A stretch of 36,586 bases of DNA from a virus, in the IMG/VR virus record IMGVR_UViG_3300045988_146267; one strand, 5' to 3'. A program made the translations under genes and the position numbers. Positions 18,966 to 30,049 of this stretch are shown here, one piece after another. The notes under the pieces were generated by a model, which was not told the DNA's origin, did not search any database, and saw only the letters and a program-made list of their open reading frames with translations. Numbering within the stretch: position 1 is the first letter of the stretch; each line of letters begins with the position of its first letter.

Positions 18966-19547
18966 ATGGAAAATGAAAATCAAAATCAAGAAAACAACCC
19001 AAATGTTGAAGATAGAAAAGATTTAAATAATCAAAATGTCAACAACAATAATTCTGGAACTCAAGCCAGTCAAAACAAAGATGAGGGCAATTCTGTAAAG
19101 ACTTATACCCAAGAAGAATATAATGCTTTAGACAAGAAATTAAAAGAAAAATACGAAAAAAAGTATAAAGATATTGATTTAAAGAAATATAACGAATGGT
19201 TAGAAAGTCAAAAGACAGAAGAGCAAAAAAAGGCTGAAAAAGAAACTGCCTATCAAAAAGCAATAGCTGATTTAGAAGAAAAAGAAAATTACATTGCAAT
19301 TCTAGAAAGTGGTGTAAATAAAGAGGATTCAGACTATGTTTTATTTAAAGTTTCTAAAATGGATGGAGATTTCAAAGATAATTTAGAAGAATTTTTGAAA
19401 GAAAATCCAAAATATACACAAAAGTCTGACAACAATTCAGACAACAATATTACTGATGGTGTATCAGTAAAAAATAGTAATAATAGTAAAAAAGATGATG
19501 GAGTTACTGCAATATTAAAACAGAAACATCCAGAATTATTTGATTAA
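18966..19547 (+). CDS. Phage scaffold protein (GP20-like)
   Basis: Coiled-coil acidic protein directly before the major capsid gene. Confidence 0.75.
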   Translation: MENENQNQENNPNVEDRKDLNNQNVNNNNSGTQASQNKDEGNSVKTYTQEEYNALDKKLKEKYEKKYKDIDLKKYNEWLESQKTEEQKKAEKETAYQKAIADLEEKENYIAILESGVNKEDSDYVLFKVSKMDGDFKDNLEEFLKENPKYTQKSDNNSDNNITDGVSVKNSNNSKKDDGVTAILKQKHPELFD

Positions 19548-19567
19548 TGAAAGAGAGGTAATTTATT

Positions 19568-20413
19568 ATGGCAAATGCGTTAGGAACAGGAACACATAAA
19601 AGAAAAGAAAGTTATGCAGCACAAGTTTTAGCAATATCAAGAGCAGAAACAAATATTTATGATGATTTTTCAGAGGACTATGAAAAAGATGGAGTAACAG
19701 GACAAATAATGGTTCCAACAAGAGATGAGGAGGTAAAAGTATCAGATTATGATATCAAAAATGGTATTGAATTGCAAACATCAGGTACAGATTATCTACC
19801 TTTACCAATTGACAAAGATTATGGTGTAAATGAATTAATAGATGGATACGAAGCTGAGGCTGTTCCAGATAATTTAGTTGCACAAAGAATTGATAGTGCA
19901 GGTTATTCAATTGGTATGAAAAAAGAACAAATGGCTATTGAGGCTCTATTAAAAGGTACTGTTTCATCTGATACTTCAAAATTAACAACTGCAAATGTTT
20001 ATGCAAAAATAGTTGCAGAAATTAAAAATATGAAAAAAAGAAATATGAAAGCAAATCAAATGAGAGTTGCTATTTCAGCAGATGTTGAAGAATTGTTATT
20101 AACTGACGAAAAATTCTCTAATACTGCAGGAACTTTAGGAGAAAAACTTGTTAGAGAAGGTGTAATTGGTAAATTAGCAGGAGTTGCAACAAAACCAAAC
20201 TATTTAATGGGAGAGAATGTTGATTTTATTATATATGATAAAAGATATTGCCAAAAATATGAAGTATGGAAAAAAGAACCTGCTGTTGAAGATTTAAAAG
20301 ATGGTAAACATATTGGTGCATCTGCTTTACAAGGTAGACAAGTTGGGGGATTAATGGTTACTAATAAACTTGGTGTTCAAATTAGAAAAAACACAGCAAA
20401 CACAGCAGAATAG
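19568..20413 (+). CDS. Major capsid protein
   Basis: Position, size and capsid-like sequence. Confidence 0.85.
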   Translation: MANALGTGTHKRKESYAAQVLAISRAETNIYDDFSEDYEKDGVTGQIMVPTRDEEVKVSDYDIKNGIELQTSGTDYLPLPIDKDYGVNELIDGYEAEAVPDNLVAQRIDSAGYSIGMKKEQMAIEALLKGTVSSDTSKLTTANVYAKIVAEIKNMKKRNMKANQMRVAISADVEELLLTDEKFSNTAGTLGEKLVREGVIGKLAGVATKPNYLMGENVDFIIYDKRYCQKYEVWKKEPAVEDLKDGKHIGASALQGRQVGGLMVTNKLGVQIRKNTANTAE

Positions 20414-20431
20414 TATTTGGAGGATTAAGGT

Positions 20432-20812
20432 ATGCTAAAATACATTAATGATAAGGATTATAAAGAGTTATTAGGTGTCAGTAGCATACCTGATAACTTT
20501 AATAAATATGTAATTGATGCAAGTGTTTATATCAATTCAAAAACATTTAATAGAATTGATATAGAAGATTTACACGAAAATGTAAAATATGCTACTGCAT
20601 TAATTATTGAAAAAATTGCTGATGCAGAAATGCAAAAAAAAGAAGTTGGAAATTTAAAATCACAAAATATAGAAGGATGGAGTGAAACTTATTCATCTCC
20701 TGAGGAAATAGACAAGAAATTAGAAGAGGATAAAATAAACATTATAAAGAAATATTTAAGTAATATTATTGGTAAAGATGGACAACCTCTTTTATATTGT
20801 GGGGTAGGATAA
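20432..20812 (+). CDS. Head-tail connector (gp6-like)
   Basis: Short protein after MCP, connector-like. Confidence 0.65.
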   Translation: MLKYINDKDYKELLGVSSIPDNFNKYVIDASVYINSKTFNRIDIEDLHENVKYATALIIEKIADAEMQKKEVGNLKSQNIEGWSETYSSPEEIDKKLEEDKINIIKKYLSNIIGKDGQPLLYCGVG

Positions 20813-21238
20813 TGAACAAAAGATTTTTTATACACTCGATTACAATTTATCATTTAAATGATGATGATAGTGTTACTAGAATGGCTTTTAAGCAAGTTTA
20901 TTTTAGACATAATAAAAAAACTAATGTTATTGATAAACGGCTTTCAAAATGGAAGCACAGGCACAATTTATATACCTACAAATCAAGAATTGCATATTTG
21001 TAATGAAGATATACTTGTTGAGGGAATGCCTAATGTTTCTGTTAAAAATGTAGATACAAAAACTGTTAATTATTTTAATAATATTGAAATAAAAAGATTA
21101 ACAGCAAAAGAAGATGATCCAAACGATGAATATTATAAAATATTTAGAGATAATGATATTCAAAAATATAGGATTGTTAGTGTGGATGATAATAGAAAAG
21201 GTAATTTACAACATTATAAATTGGGAGTAAGTGAATAA
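20812..21238 (+). CDS. Head-tail joining/minor capsid protein, single protein split by +1 discontinuity at in-frame CGG (20938)
   Basis: Frame 1 ...RHNKKTNVIDK then CGG; skipping the C continues as GFQNGSTGTIYIPTNQELHICNEDILVEG... to 21238. Confidence 0.75.
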
Positions 21239-21649
21239 TGGCTAGTGGTTTTAATTTGAAAGTTAAGATGAATAATAAAAGTAAGATAATTAAAGATCAT
21301 CGGATTAGACAAAGATGGTAAAGTAACAGAATTTTTAAGAGATACAGTTGAAAGATTAAGTGATCCATTTATTCCGTTTAATAGTGGAATGTTGAGAAAA
21401 ATTAAATCGCATCCATCAAACAATGAAATAAAATATAATAGTCCTTATGCAAAAATTCAGTATTATGGAAAATTAATGCTTACTGAAAAAGGAAGTTCTT
21501 GGGCTAGAAAAGGAGAAATAAAGAGTGTAACAAGTAAAAATCTTAAATATCATACTTCTGGAACTGGTGCAAAATGGGAGCAATTAATGTTGCAAAGAAG
21601 AAAAAATGATTTAATTAGTGATGTAGAAAATTACATCAAGAAAGGATGA
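21238..21649 (+). CDS. Minor capsid / head-tail protein, split by +1 discontinuity at in-frame CGG (21301)
   Basis: MASGFNLKVKMNNKSKIIKDH then CGG; skipping the C continues as GLDKDGKVTEFLRDTVERLSDPFIPFNSGML... Confidence 0.8.
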
Positions 21650-21652
21650 TTT

Positions 21653-22066
21653 ATGGCTGATATAAAGGGAAAAATGGAAATAATCAAAGAATTTATAGAA
21701 AAATGCCCACTTTTAAAAGGTGGAAAGGTTAATGTAGATTATTTGAAGTCCAAAACTTATAGTTATTCTATTGATGAAACACCTACAACAACAATTATAC
21801 AAAGATTTGCAGATGGTGGATGTAGAGAACAAATAAATTTTGATTTTAGCATTCAAGCACCATTTAATGCGCTAGAAACAATAAATAATTCTAAATTTTG
21901 TGATGATTTTATACAATGGATTAAAGAGCAAGAAAAAAAGGATAATTTACCAGATATAGATGGTATAGAAAAAATTAGTTGCAATAGGGGAACAATATTA
22001 CAGACAACAGAAACGACTGCAATATATGTTATTCCTATGCAAATAATCTATATAGAAGAATATTGA
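21653..22066 (+). CDS. Minor capsid / tail terminator-like protein
   Basis: ORF and synteny. Confidence 0.6.
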   Translation: MADIKGKMEIIKEFIEKCPLLKGGKVNVDYLKSKTYSYSIDETPTTTIIQRFADGGCREQINFDFSIQAPFNALETINNSKFCDDFIQWIKEQEKKDNLPDIDGIEKISCNRGTILQTTETTAIYVIPMQIIYIEEY

Positions 22067-22085
22067 AAAGAAAGGAGCTTTTAAA

Positions 22086-22586
22086 ATGGCTGAGAAAAAA
22101 GAAACAAGAGTCAAAAGAAGTGACAAAGTCGCTTTCTTAAATGTTGGTACATCAACAGAAAAAAACTTTGAAAGAATGCGTAAATTCACAGAAATATCAA
22201 CATCAAAAAATGCTACTGAATATAGTAGAAGATATGTAGACGAAGATGGAGACACAACTGATACAACAGGTTATGCAGAAGAAAAATCTTATGCATTTGA
22301 TCAATATAAAGACAATCCAGTTCATGAAAAGATAGCACAAATATCTGATGATGAATTAACTGGAGATGATGCAGTTGTTGAAACTTTAGTTGTAGATAAA
22401 ACAACAAAAGATACAGATGGAAAATATGATGCAAGATTAAGAAGCTATGCTGTTGTTCCTGATAGTGATGGGGATAGTAACGATGCATATACATATAGTG
22501 GAGCATTAAAGGCAAAAGGTAAATTTGAAAAAGTCAAAGTTACTTTAAGCGAAGATGAAAGAACAGCAACAATAGTAACAGAATAG
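22086..22586 (+). CDS. Major tail (tube) protein
   Basis: Sequence type and synteny. Confidence 0.75.
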   Translation: MAEKKETRVKRSDKVAFLNVGTSTEKNFERMRKFTEISTSKNATEYSRRYVDEDGDTTDTTGYAEEKSYAFDQYKDNPVHEKIAQISDDELTGDDAVVETLVVDKTTKDTDGKYDARLRSYAVVPDSDGDSNDAYTYSGALKAKGKFEKVKVTLSEDERTATIVTE

Positions 22587-22653
22587 TTAATGTAAGTAGC
22601 AGAGGGCAATATAACCTTCTGCTTATTTTTTTTATGAAAGGATGGAATTTATT

Positions 22654-23004
22654 ATGAAAATTAAAAACATTGAGGTTAATTTCGATTTTTTAGATGCTGA
22701 TGATATGGAAAAATTTGAAAACGAGGCAAAAAAAGTTATTGAAGAATGCGAAAAAGGAGAAACTGCAGGGCTTTCTTATTCACAGGTGATAAGAGAACAA
22801 TGCAGAATTATAAATAATTTCTTTGACAATGTGTTTGGAGAAGGGATTTCTGAAAAGTTATTTGGAAATAAAAATAATTTGAGAGAACATACAGATGCGT
22901 TTGAGGAAATCGTAAAAGAAAAGGAAAAACAACAACAGTCTTTTGCAACATCTTTGAGTAGATACCAACCAAATAGAGAAACAAGGAGGAGCAAAAGAAA
23001 ATAA
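22654..23004 (+). CDS. Tail assembly chaperone-like protein
   Basis: Position between the tube and Gp15/tape measure genes. Confidence 0.6.
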   Translation: MKIKNIEVNFDFLDADDMEKFENEAKKVIEECEKGETAGLSYSQVIREQCRIINNFFDNVFGEGISEKLFGNKNNLREHTDAFEEIVKEKEKQQQSFATSLSRYQPNRETRRSKRK

Positions 23005-23006
23005 AA

Positions 23007-23588
23007 ATGAATAATAACATCCTTTTAGATGAATTACCACAATATACAAATAGTGGTTTGAAAATTAGAACGGATTTCAGAGAAAGTATAAAATTTGAAT
23101 TATTAATGCAAGATCATAATTTAAGTGAAGAAGTGAAGATAATGCAAGCATTACAACTTTATTATTATGATATTAGTAAAATTACAGATATAAGACAAGC
23201 AGTACAAGATATATTGTGGTTTTATAGATGTGGAAAAATTATTGAAAATAGTAATAAAGAGGACTATGAAGAAAGACAAGAAGATGCAAAACAAATTTAT
23301 AGCTATGAATTTGATGATGAATACATTTTTAGTGCTTTTATGGAGCAATATGGAATCGACTTAAATGAGATTGAGTATATGCATTGGTGGAAATTCAAAT
23401 CCTTGTTTAATAGCTTAAACGAGAATACTCAGTTCGTGAAAATAATGGGTTATAGAAATATGAATGTTGCTAAAATAAAAGATAAAGAAATGAAAGCACA
23501 TTATAAAAAGATGCAAAAATTATATGAATTACCTGATATGAGAACTGATGAAGAAAAAGAGTCTGATTTTGCAAATGAATTGTGGTAA
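23007..23588 (+). CDS. Gp15-like tail protein
   Basis: LKIRTDFRESIKFELLM...MHWWKFKSLFNSL. Confidence 0.75.
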   Translation: MNNNILLDELPQYTNSGLKIRTDFRESIKFELLMQDHNLSEEVKIMQALQLYYYDISKITDIRQAVQDILWFYRCGKIIENSNKEDYEERQEDAKQIYSYEFDDEYIFSAFMEQYGIDLNEIEYMHWWKFKSLFNSLNENTQFVKIMGYRNMNVAKIKDKEMKAHYKKMQKLYELPDMRTDEEKESDFANELW

Positions 23589-23621
23589 TCCCAAAATTTA
23601 TTATAGAAATGGGGTGAAAGA

Positions 23622-25787
23622 ATGGCAAAAGATGGCTCTGTTGTAGTAGACACCGAGTTAAATAATGATGGATTTAACAAAGGTATAGACAGCATGAAAG
23701 GTGGCTTTAGTAAAATAAAGAGTATTGCCGGAACAGCCCTTAAAGGTATTGCAATTGGTGCTGCAGCAGTTACAACAGGAATGATTGCAATAGGCAAAAG
23801 TGCAGTAGATAGTTATGCGGATTATGAACAATTAATTGGCGGTGTTGAAACATTGTTCAAAGAAAGTGCAGGAATTGTTGAAGGCTATGCTAATAATGCA
23901 TATAAGACAGCCGGATTAAGTGCAAATGCTTATATGGATACAGTTACATCTTTTAGTGCTTCTTTGTTACAAAGTTTGAATGGAGATACTGCAAAATCTG
24001 CTCAAGTAGCAGATATGGCAATTACAGATATGGCAGATAATGCAAATAAGATGGGGACATCTATGGAAAGCATACAAAACGCATATCAAGGATTTGCAAA
24101 GCAAAACTATACTATGCTTGATAACTTAAAACTTGGTTATGGTGGAACTAAAGAAGAAATGGAAAGATTACTTTCAGATGCTCAAAAAATAACAGGTGTT
24201 AAGTATGATATATCAAATTTAAATGATGTATATCAAGCAATTCATGTTATTCAGGGAGAACTTGGAATAACAGGAACAACCGCAAAGGAAGCAAGTACAA
24301 CAATACAAGGATCTGCTGCTGCAATGAAAGGTGCATGGCAAAATTTATTGACAGGAATGGCTGATGATTCACAAGACTTTGGTCAATTAATCGAGAATTT
24401 TGTTGAGAGTGTACTTACATTTGGAGATAATATTATTCCAAGAATAGAAGTTGTTATAAATGGAATTTCAAAATTAGTAGGAGGATTAGTTCAAGAGTTT
24501 CTACCTAAAATAATTCAAATGATACCACCATTACTAGAGGAGGCATTACCAATAATATTAACTGCATTACAATCATTGGTACAAAGTATATTGGATGCTT
24601 TACCAGCAATAATGCAATGCTTAATAGATGTAATTCCACAACTTATTGATACAATAACAGCAATGCTACCATTATTAGTTGATGTTGGAATGCAAATAAT
24701 TATATGTTTAATTCAAGGATTGGTAGATGCAATTCCAAATTTAATCATAGAATTAGTTCAACTTGTTAATCAAATAATAGGTGTATTGATAGATAATTTA
24801 CCAGATTTAATTGATGCTGCAATTAGTTTCTTTATGGGAATTGTAGAGGCTATTCCAGAAATTATTACTGCTTTATTGGACAACCTTGATGAGATAATAA
24901 AAACAGTAGTATATGGCTTGATAGATGCATTACCAAGACTGATTGAAGGAGCAATACAATTGTTTATGGGTATTATTCAAGCTATACCAACTATTATAGA
25001 TGCTCTTATTGATAACTTACCACATATAATTGAAACAATTTTAGAAGCCTTAATTGATGCAATACCTGCAATTATAGATGGTGCAATTCAACTATTTATG
25101 GGATTGATACAAGCATTACCTACAATAATTGAGGCTCTTATAGAAAATTTACCAAGAATAATATTAACTATTACTAGTGTACTTATTCAAAATTTACCAA
25201 GGCTAATTCAGGCAGCAATTCAACTATTTATGGGAATTATAAAAGCAATTCCAACAATAGTAATTGAATTAGCAAGGAATATGCCTCAAATCATAGCATC
25301 AATTGTAAATGGGTTAAAGGCAGGATTTTCACAAGTTAAAGAAATTGGTAGCAATATGATAAAAGGTTTATGGGAAGGAATAAACAATGTAAAACAATGG
25401 ATTTTTGATAAAATAAAAGGATTTTGCAGTGGAATTATTGATAAGGTTAAAGGTCTATTTGGAATACATTCTCCATCTAAGGTATTTAATAAGGAAGTTG
25501 GTCAATATTTAGGATTAGGATTGGGAGAAGGATTTAATGATAGTTTAAAAGATGTTTATAAAGATATGCAAAGAGCAGTAGAACATGAAAATACAAAACT
25601 AACATCTAATTTAACAAGTAGTCATCAAATTAAGGTTGAAACAGAAGATAATAGGCAAACACATCTACAAAGTATTGATGATAATAAAGAAATTACTGTA
25701 AATTCAGTAACAAATCTCGATGGAAAAGTATTGACTTCATCAGTAAATAAAGGAAATATAAAAAGAAAGTTACAATATGGATATTAG
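23622..25787 (+). CDS. Tape measure protein
   Basis: Long hydrophobic repetitive LPxIIxxIIxALI repeats; C-terminal GIHSPSKVFNKEVGQYLGLGLGEGF. Confidence 0.93.
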   Translation: MAKDGSVVVDTELNNDGFNKGIDSMKGGFSKIKSIAGTALKGIAIGAAAVTTGMIAIGKSAVDSYADYEQLIGGVETLFKESAGIVEGYANNAYKTAGLSANAYMDTVTSFSASLLQSLNGDTAKSAQVADMAITDMADNANKMGTSMESIQNAYQGFAKQNYTMLDNLKLGYGGTKEEMERLLSDAQKITGVKYDISNLNDVYQAIHVIQGELGITGTTAKEASTTIQGSAAAMKGAWQNLLTGMADDSQDFGQLIENFVESVLTFGDNIIPRIEVVINGISKLVGGLVQEFLPKIIQMIPPLLEEALPIILTALQSLVQSILDALPAIMQCLIDVIPQLIDTITAMLPLLVDVGMQIIICLIQGLVDAIPNLIIELVQLVNQIIGVLIDNLPDLIDAAISFFMGIVEAIPEIITALLDNLDEIIKTVVYGLIDALPRLIEGAIQLFMGIIQAIPTIIDALIDNLPHIIETILEALIDAIPAIIDGAIQLFMGLIQALPTIIEALIENLPRIILTITSVLIQNLPRLIQAAIQLFMGIIKAIPTIVIELARNMPQIIASIVNGLKAGFSQVKEIGSNMIKGLWEGINNVKQWIFDKIKGFCSGIIDKVKGLFGIHSPSKVFNKEVGQYLGLGLGEGFNDSLKDVYKDMQRAVEHENTKLTSNLTSSHQIKVETEDNRQTHLQSIDDNKEITVNSVTNLDGKVLTSSVNKGNIKRKLQYGY

Positions 25788-25800
25788 GAGGTGGAGAGAA

Positions 25801-26180
25801 TGTCATTATTGGAACATAATGGTTTTAAGTTTAAAAATATATTGTCTAAAGGATATAATTTAAAAGAAGATGAAGCAGAAGTTCTATCTAGTATTACTAT
25901 GAGTGATGGAAGTATTAGAAAGAATTATGGAAAAATGCCTAAAACAACAATAACTGTAAAATTCGGACAATTAAATAAACAAACTTATAAAGAATACATA
26001 AGTCATTTTAGTAAAAATGAGGATTATTATACATATTATTCTTTCAAATATGATAAGATGATTACTAAAAAATTCTTTGTTTCTCTGCCTGATACCTCAA
26101 TGATTTCTTCTGTTGGAGATGGAAGAATAGATGAATTTGAGGTAACACTTTCTCAAATAGGAGGCGAGATTAACCAATGA
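25801..26180 (+). CDS. Distal tail-like protein
   Basis: Synteny between the tape measure and endopeptidase genes. Confidence 0.55.
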
Positions 26181-28286
26181 TTGATTTAAGTGATGAAATA
26201 AGAAAGTCCTATGAAGAAAGTACAACTCAATATGATAAAATAAAAATTGGAAATAAAGAATATCCTATTAGTAATGTACAATATTGTGATGATTGTTATG
26301 ATGATGGAAATATTTTTGGAACTGCAATTGCAAGAACTCTTGACTTTGAAATTGAAAATATTGTTGATTTAGAAAATAAAGAATTTGAATATTTCACAGG
26401 AATAAAAGTTGAAAATTCAGTACATTGGATTTCACTAGGCAACTTCATTACAATTGATGAAGAGCCACGGAGATACTACTTTAATAAATAAAGTAAGTGC
26501 AATGGACTATATGCTGAAATCAAATATTTTATATGAATCTAAATTAGATTATTCAAGTAAGAAAATAACAGTATTAGATGTTACAAAAGAGGCTTGCAAT
26601 TTAGCAGGTCTTGAATTAGCAACAGAAGACTTTGCAAACTGCAATTTTATTGTAGATAGTAATCAATTTGAAGTTGATGCTATAATAAGACAAGTGTTTC
26701 AAGCAGTTGCTGGAATATCAGGATCATTTGCAAAAATAAAATCTGATAACAAATTGTATTTTATTACACCAAAATTAATTGATAGTAAAAAGTACAAAGT
26801 AAAAGATGTTCATAAAATGTTAGTAGTCGATTTAATGAAACAGAAGGTAAGAAATATAACTAATGATTTAAAAACATTAGGAATAGAAAAAGAGTCAACA
26901 AAACAGGTTGATGAAATGATAGTCAAATCGATGAATGAAATAATGGTAAAGAGACTAACAACAAACACAAATGAACCTAGCCTTGAAAAGCAAAGTGATT
27001 ACTCAGAATTAGTTATAAAAAGGAATACTCATCCGATAAATGTTGTTTCACTAGGTATGAGCCAAGTAGAAGGAGAAAATATTACTTTAAGAGATGAGGA
27101 GAGTATTGCAGCAGATGGAGAAAATTGTCTTGCAATAAATGATAATCCATTTGCATATACTCAAGAAAAAAGAGAAGAACTTATTGTGGAATTATTTGAT
27201 AAAGTAAAAGGATTCTCTTATACATCTTACGAATTGAAAGGACAATGTAAACCTTACTTAGAAACAGGAGATCCATTATGGATTTTAGATTTTGATGGTG
27301 CAATTGCATCATCTTTTTTATTTAGATTTACATATAAAAGCCCAAATGGTCTTGAAAGTGAAATGTCAGCACCATCAATTATTAAGGCAACAGTCAATTA
27401 TCAAAATGTTCCGAGTGATTTAGAAAGAATAAGAAGAACAGAGATTATTGTTGATAAACAACAAGGAACTATTGATGCAATAATTGATAAGCAAACAGAA
27501 GATGGTAGCAAAATAAACTCTATGCAAATGAATGCAGAAGAAACAAATGATACCATAAAGAAAATAACAGCAGAATATCAAGAACAAATTGCACAATTAA
27601 AATTAACAATTGAAGGATTAAAAACAACTGTTGCTACAAAAGGCGGAGGAAATATTTTTGCGTATTCTAAAGAATATTGGAATGAAAATATCACAGAATA
27701 TACAAATACTGACTTAAAACAAAATTCCATTTCTGGAATAGGGTATGAATTAATAATTGGAACAACAAAACAGACTGTACAATTAAAAAACGAAACTTAT
27801 ACAATAAGTTTTATTTACAAAAATAAAAATGAACTTACTAAAGCAAGAGTTATTTTAAATGGAGAGTCATTCAATTTAGAATATACTGGAGATAAATGGA
27901 AAGAGTTTTGCAAAACAATTGATGTTACTTCAAATACAATTGATATTAGTTTTTATACAGATACAAATAAAACTGTCTATATTTCTGATTTGATGGGAAA
28001 TTTAGGCTCTGAAAAGCAAACTTGGGAACAAAATGCTAATGAAACTTATACTGATGCCGTCCAGATTGGAAAAGGTATTCAAGTAAATAGCAGTGAAACA
28101 AATACTTATACCAGAATTGATAGTGATGGAAATAGAGTATTTAATAAAGCAACAGGAGATGTTATTTCAGAATTTACTGATAAAGGTATGGAGACCAAAG
28201 ATATGATTGTAAATGGAAAAGCTGAGATAGCAGGACTTTTAATTCAAAAAGTGAGTTCACAAATTTGGCTGTCAAGTTTATTGTAG
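26177..28286 (+). CDS. Tail endopeptidase / tail hub protein, split by +1 discontinuity at in-frame CGG (26468)
   Basis: ...LGNFITIDEEP then CGG; skipping the C continues as GDTTLINKVSAMDYMLKSNILYESKLDYSSKKITVLDVTKEACNLAG... Confidence 0.82.
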
Positions 28287-28298
28287 AAAGGAGATAGT

Positions 28299-30038
28299 AT
28301 GGCAAGTAGTGGGTCTTTTGGAACTGGTAATTATCACGGAAGATATTTAACATTTAACTGGTGGACCAATGGAAGAAGTATAGATGGTAACTATACAGAT
28401 ATTGGTTGGAATTTAGTTGGTAGTGGAAATGCAAGTGCTAGTTGGTATAAAGCAGGTAATTTTAAAGTTGTCATTGATGGAGAAGAAGTTTATTCATCTT
28501 CAAGTCGTATAAACTTATATAATGGAACTACAGTAGCATCTGGAACAAAAAGAATTTATCACGATAGCCAAGGAAATAAGCAGTTTAGTGCCTATGCTGA
28601 AGCAGGTATTTATACTGTAGCAGTCAATTGTACTGGTAGTGGCAGTTGGTGGCTTGATAATATTCCTAGATATTTGAATAGTATAAATATTTATAATAAT
28701 GGAACTGCATTAAATTCAGTTTCAATAAAATGGACTTGTGATCCAAGAAGAGATTGGACTCAATATTCCTTAAATGGTGGTGGATGGACTGATGCAGGAG
28801 ACAATGTTGCAGGAGATGGAAAAAGTGGTACATTTACAATAGGTGGATTACAACCTAATACTACATACAATGTAAGAGTTAGATTGAGAAGAGCAGATAG
28901 TGGTCTATGGTCAGAGAGTGGAACTTTATCAATTGCAACTAAAAATATTGCTACTATTACGAGTCCAAATAATAATTTTAGCTTAAATAATGAAAGTTCT
29001 TTAAAAGTTGATTGCAATAATCCTTCTGGAAATGATATTGCATACTTTTTAGATTGCCCAAGTGGTACAAGGCGTTTGACATCAAGTAGAACTAAAAATA
29101 CATCTTATACTTGGACAAAGACACAAATATTGTCTATGTTACAATATTCTAAAAATAGTAATAGTGTTTCTGTAAAAGTTGGAATAATTACTTATGGCAA
29201 TTCAGAATATTATAATGAAAAAGTAGGAACTTTGAATGTTATAAATTCAAATCCTGCTTTTTATAATTTCACTTACGAGGATACAGACGCATCAACAATT
29301 AAGTTGACTGGTGGAAATCAATCAATAATTAAAGGATATTCTAATGTTAAGGCAATTATTTCTGCAGCAAATAAAGCAGTGGCTAAAAACTACGCGTCTA
29401 TGAATTTATATAGATTTGTAGTTGGAAACAAACAATTAGATATTAAGTATTCCGATAATTCTACTGTTAGTGGAACTATTGATAATGCAGATAGCAATAT
29501 TTTTAATGTTTATGCAATAGATAGCAGAGGAAATTCAACAGTAAAACAAATTTCCCCAAGTAGATTTTTAGATTATTCAGATATTGTAATAAAAAAAGCA
29601 AGTATTGCAAGAACTGGTGGAGTTGGATCAGAAACTAGTATATCATTTGAAGGTACTTATTGGGGATATGGATTTGGTGCAATGAATAATGCAATAACAT
29701 CTTGTTATTATGAATATAAAACCACTAATTCTAAAGATTGGATTAGAGGAGATGAATTAACAACTAAATTAGATGGAAATAATTTTAGTTTTAGTGGAAA
29801 AATACGAGGAGACTCTGGTGCAAACGGATTTAGTGTAACAAAAAGTTTTAATATTAGGATTGTTATAAAAGATAGATTGTCTACATCAATTTATGAAATG
29901 ACATTAGGAACAGGAATACCTGCAATTGCAATATCTAAAAATGGTATTGCAATAAATAATATGTATGATGAAACATTAAAGGGGGCATTGCAAATAACAG
30001 GCGATGTCTATATTAACAAAAAGAAATTAAATAGTTAG
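28299..30038 (+). CDS. Siphovirus tail/baseplate protein (DUF859-like, fibronectin-III-like domain)
   Basis: NLVGSGNASASWYKAGNFKVVIDGEEV; TTYNVRVRLRRADSGLWSESGTLSIAT. Confidence 0.65.
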   Translation: MASSGSFGTGNYHGRYLTFNWWTNGRSIDGNYTDIGWNLVGSGNASASWYKAGNFKVVIDGEEVYSSSSRINLYNGTTVASGTKRIYHDSQGNKQFSAYAEAGIYTVAVNCTGSGSWWLDNIPRYLNSINIYNNGTALNSVSIKWTCDPRRDWTQYSLNGGGWTDAGDNVAGDGKSGTFTIGGLQPNTTYNVRVRLRRADSGLWSESGTLSIATKNIATITSPNNNFSLNNESSLKVDCNNPSGNDIAYFLDCPSGTRRLTSSRTKNTSYTWTKTQILSMLQYSKNSNSVSVKVGIITYGNSEYYNEKVGTLNVINSNPAFYNFTYEDTDASTIKLTGGNQSIIKGYSNVKAIISAANKAVAKNYASMNLYRFVVGNKQLDIKYSDNSTVSGTIDNADSNIFNVYAIDSRGNSTVKQISPSRFLDYSDIVIKKASIARTGGVGSETSISFEGTYWGYGFGAMNNAITSCYYEYKTTNSKDWIRGDELTTKLDGNNFSFSGKIRGDSGANGFSVTKSFNIRIVIKDRLSTSIYEMTLGTGIPAIAISKNGIAINNMYDETLKGALQITGDVYINKKKLNS

Positions 30039-30049
30039 GAGGAAAAAAT

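Noticed and set aside
24400-25300. Repetitive sequence in the tape measure gene as a possible repeat array or CRISPR
   Set aside because: Degenerate LPxII..ALI protein repeats are normal in tape measure proteins; no exact repeat-spacer structure. No CRISPR array seen in the window.
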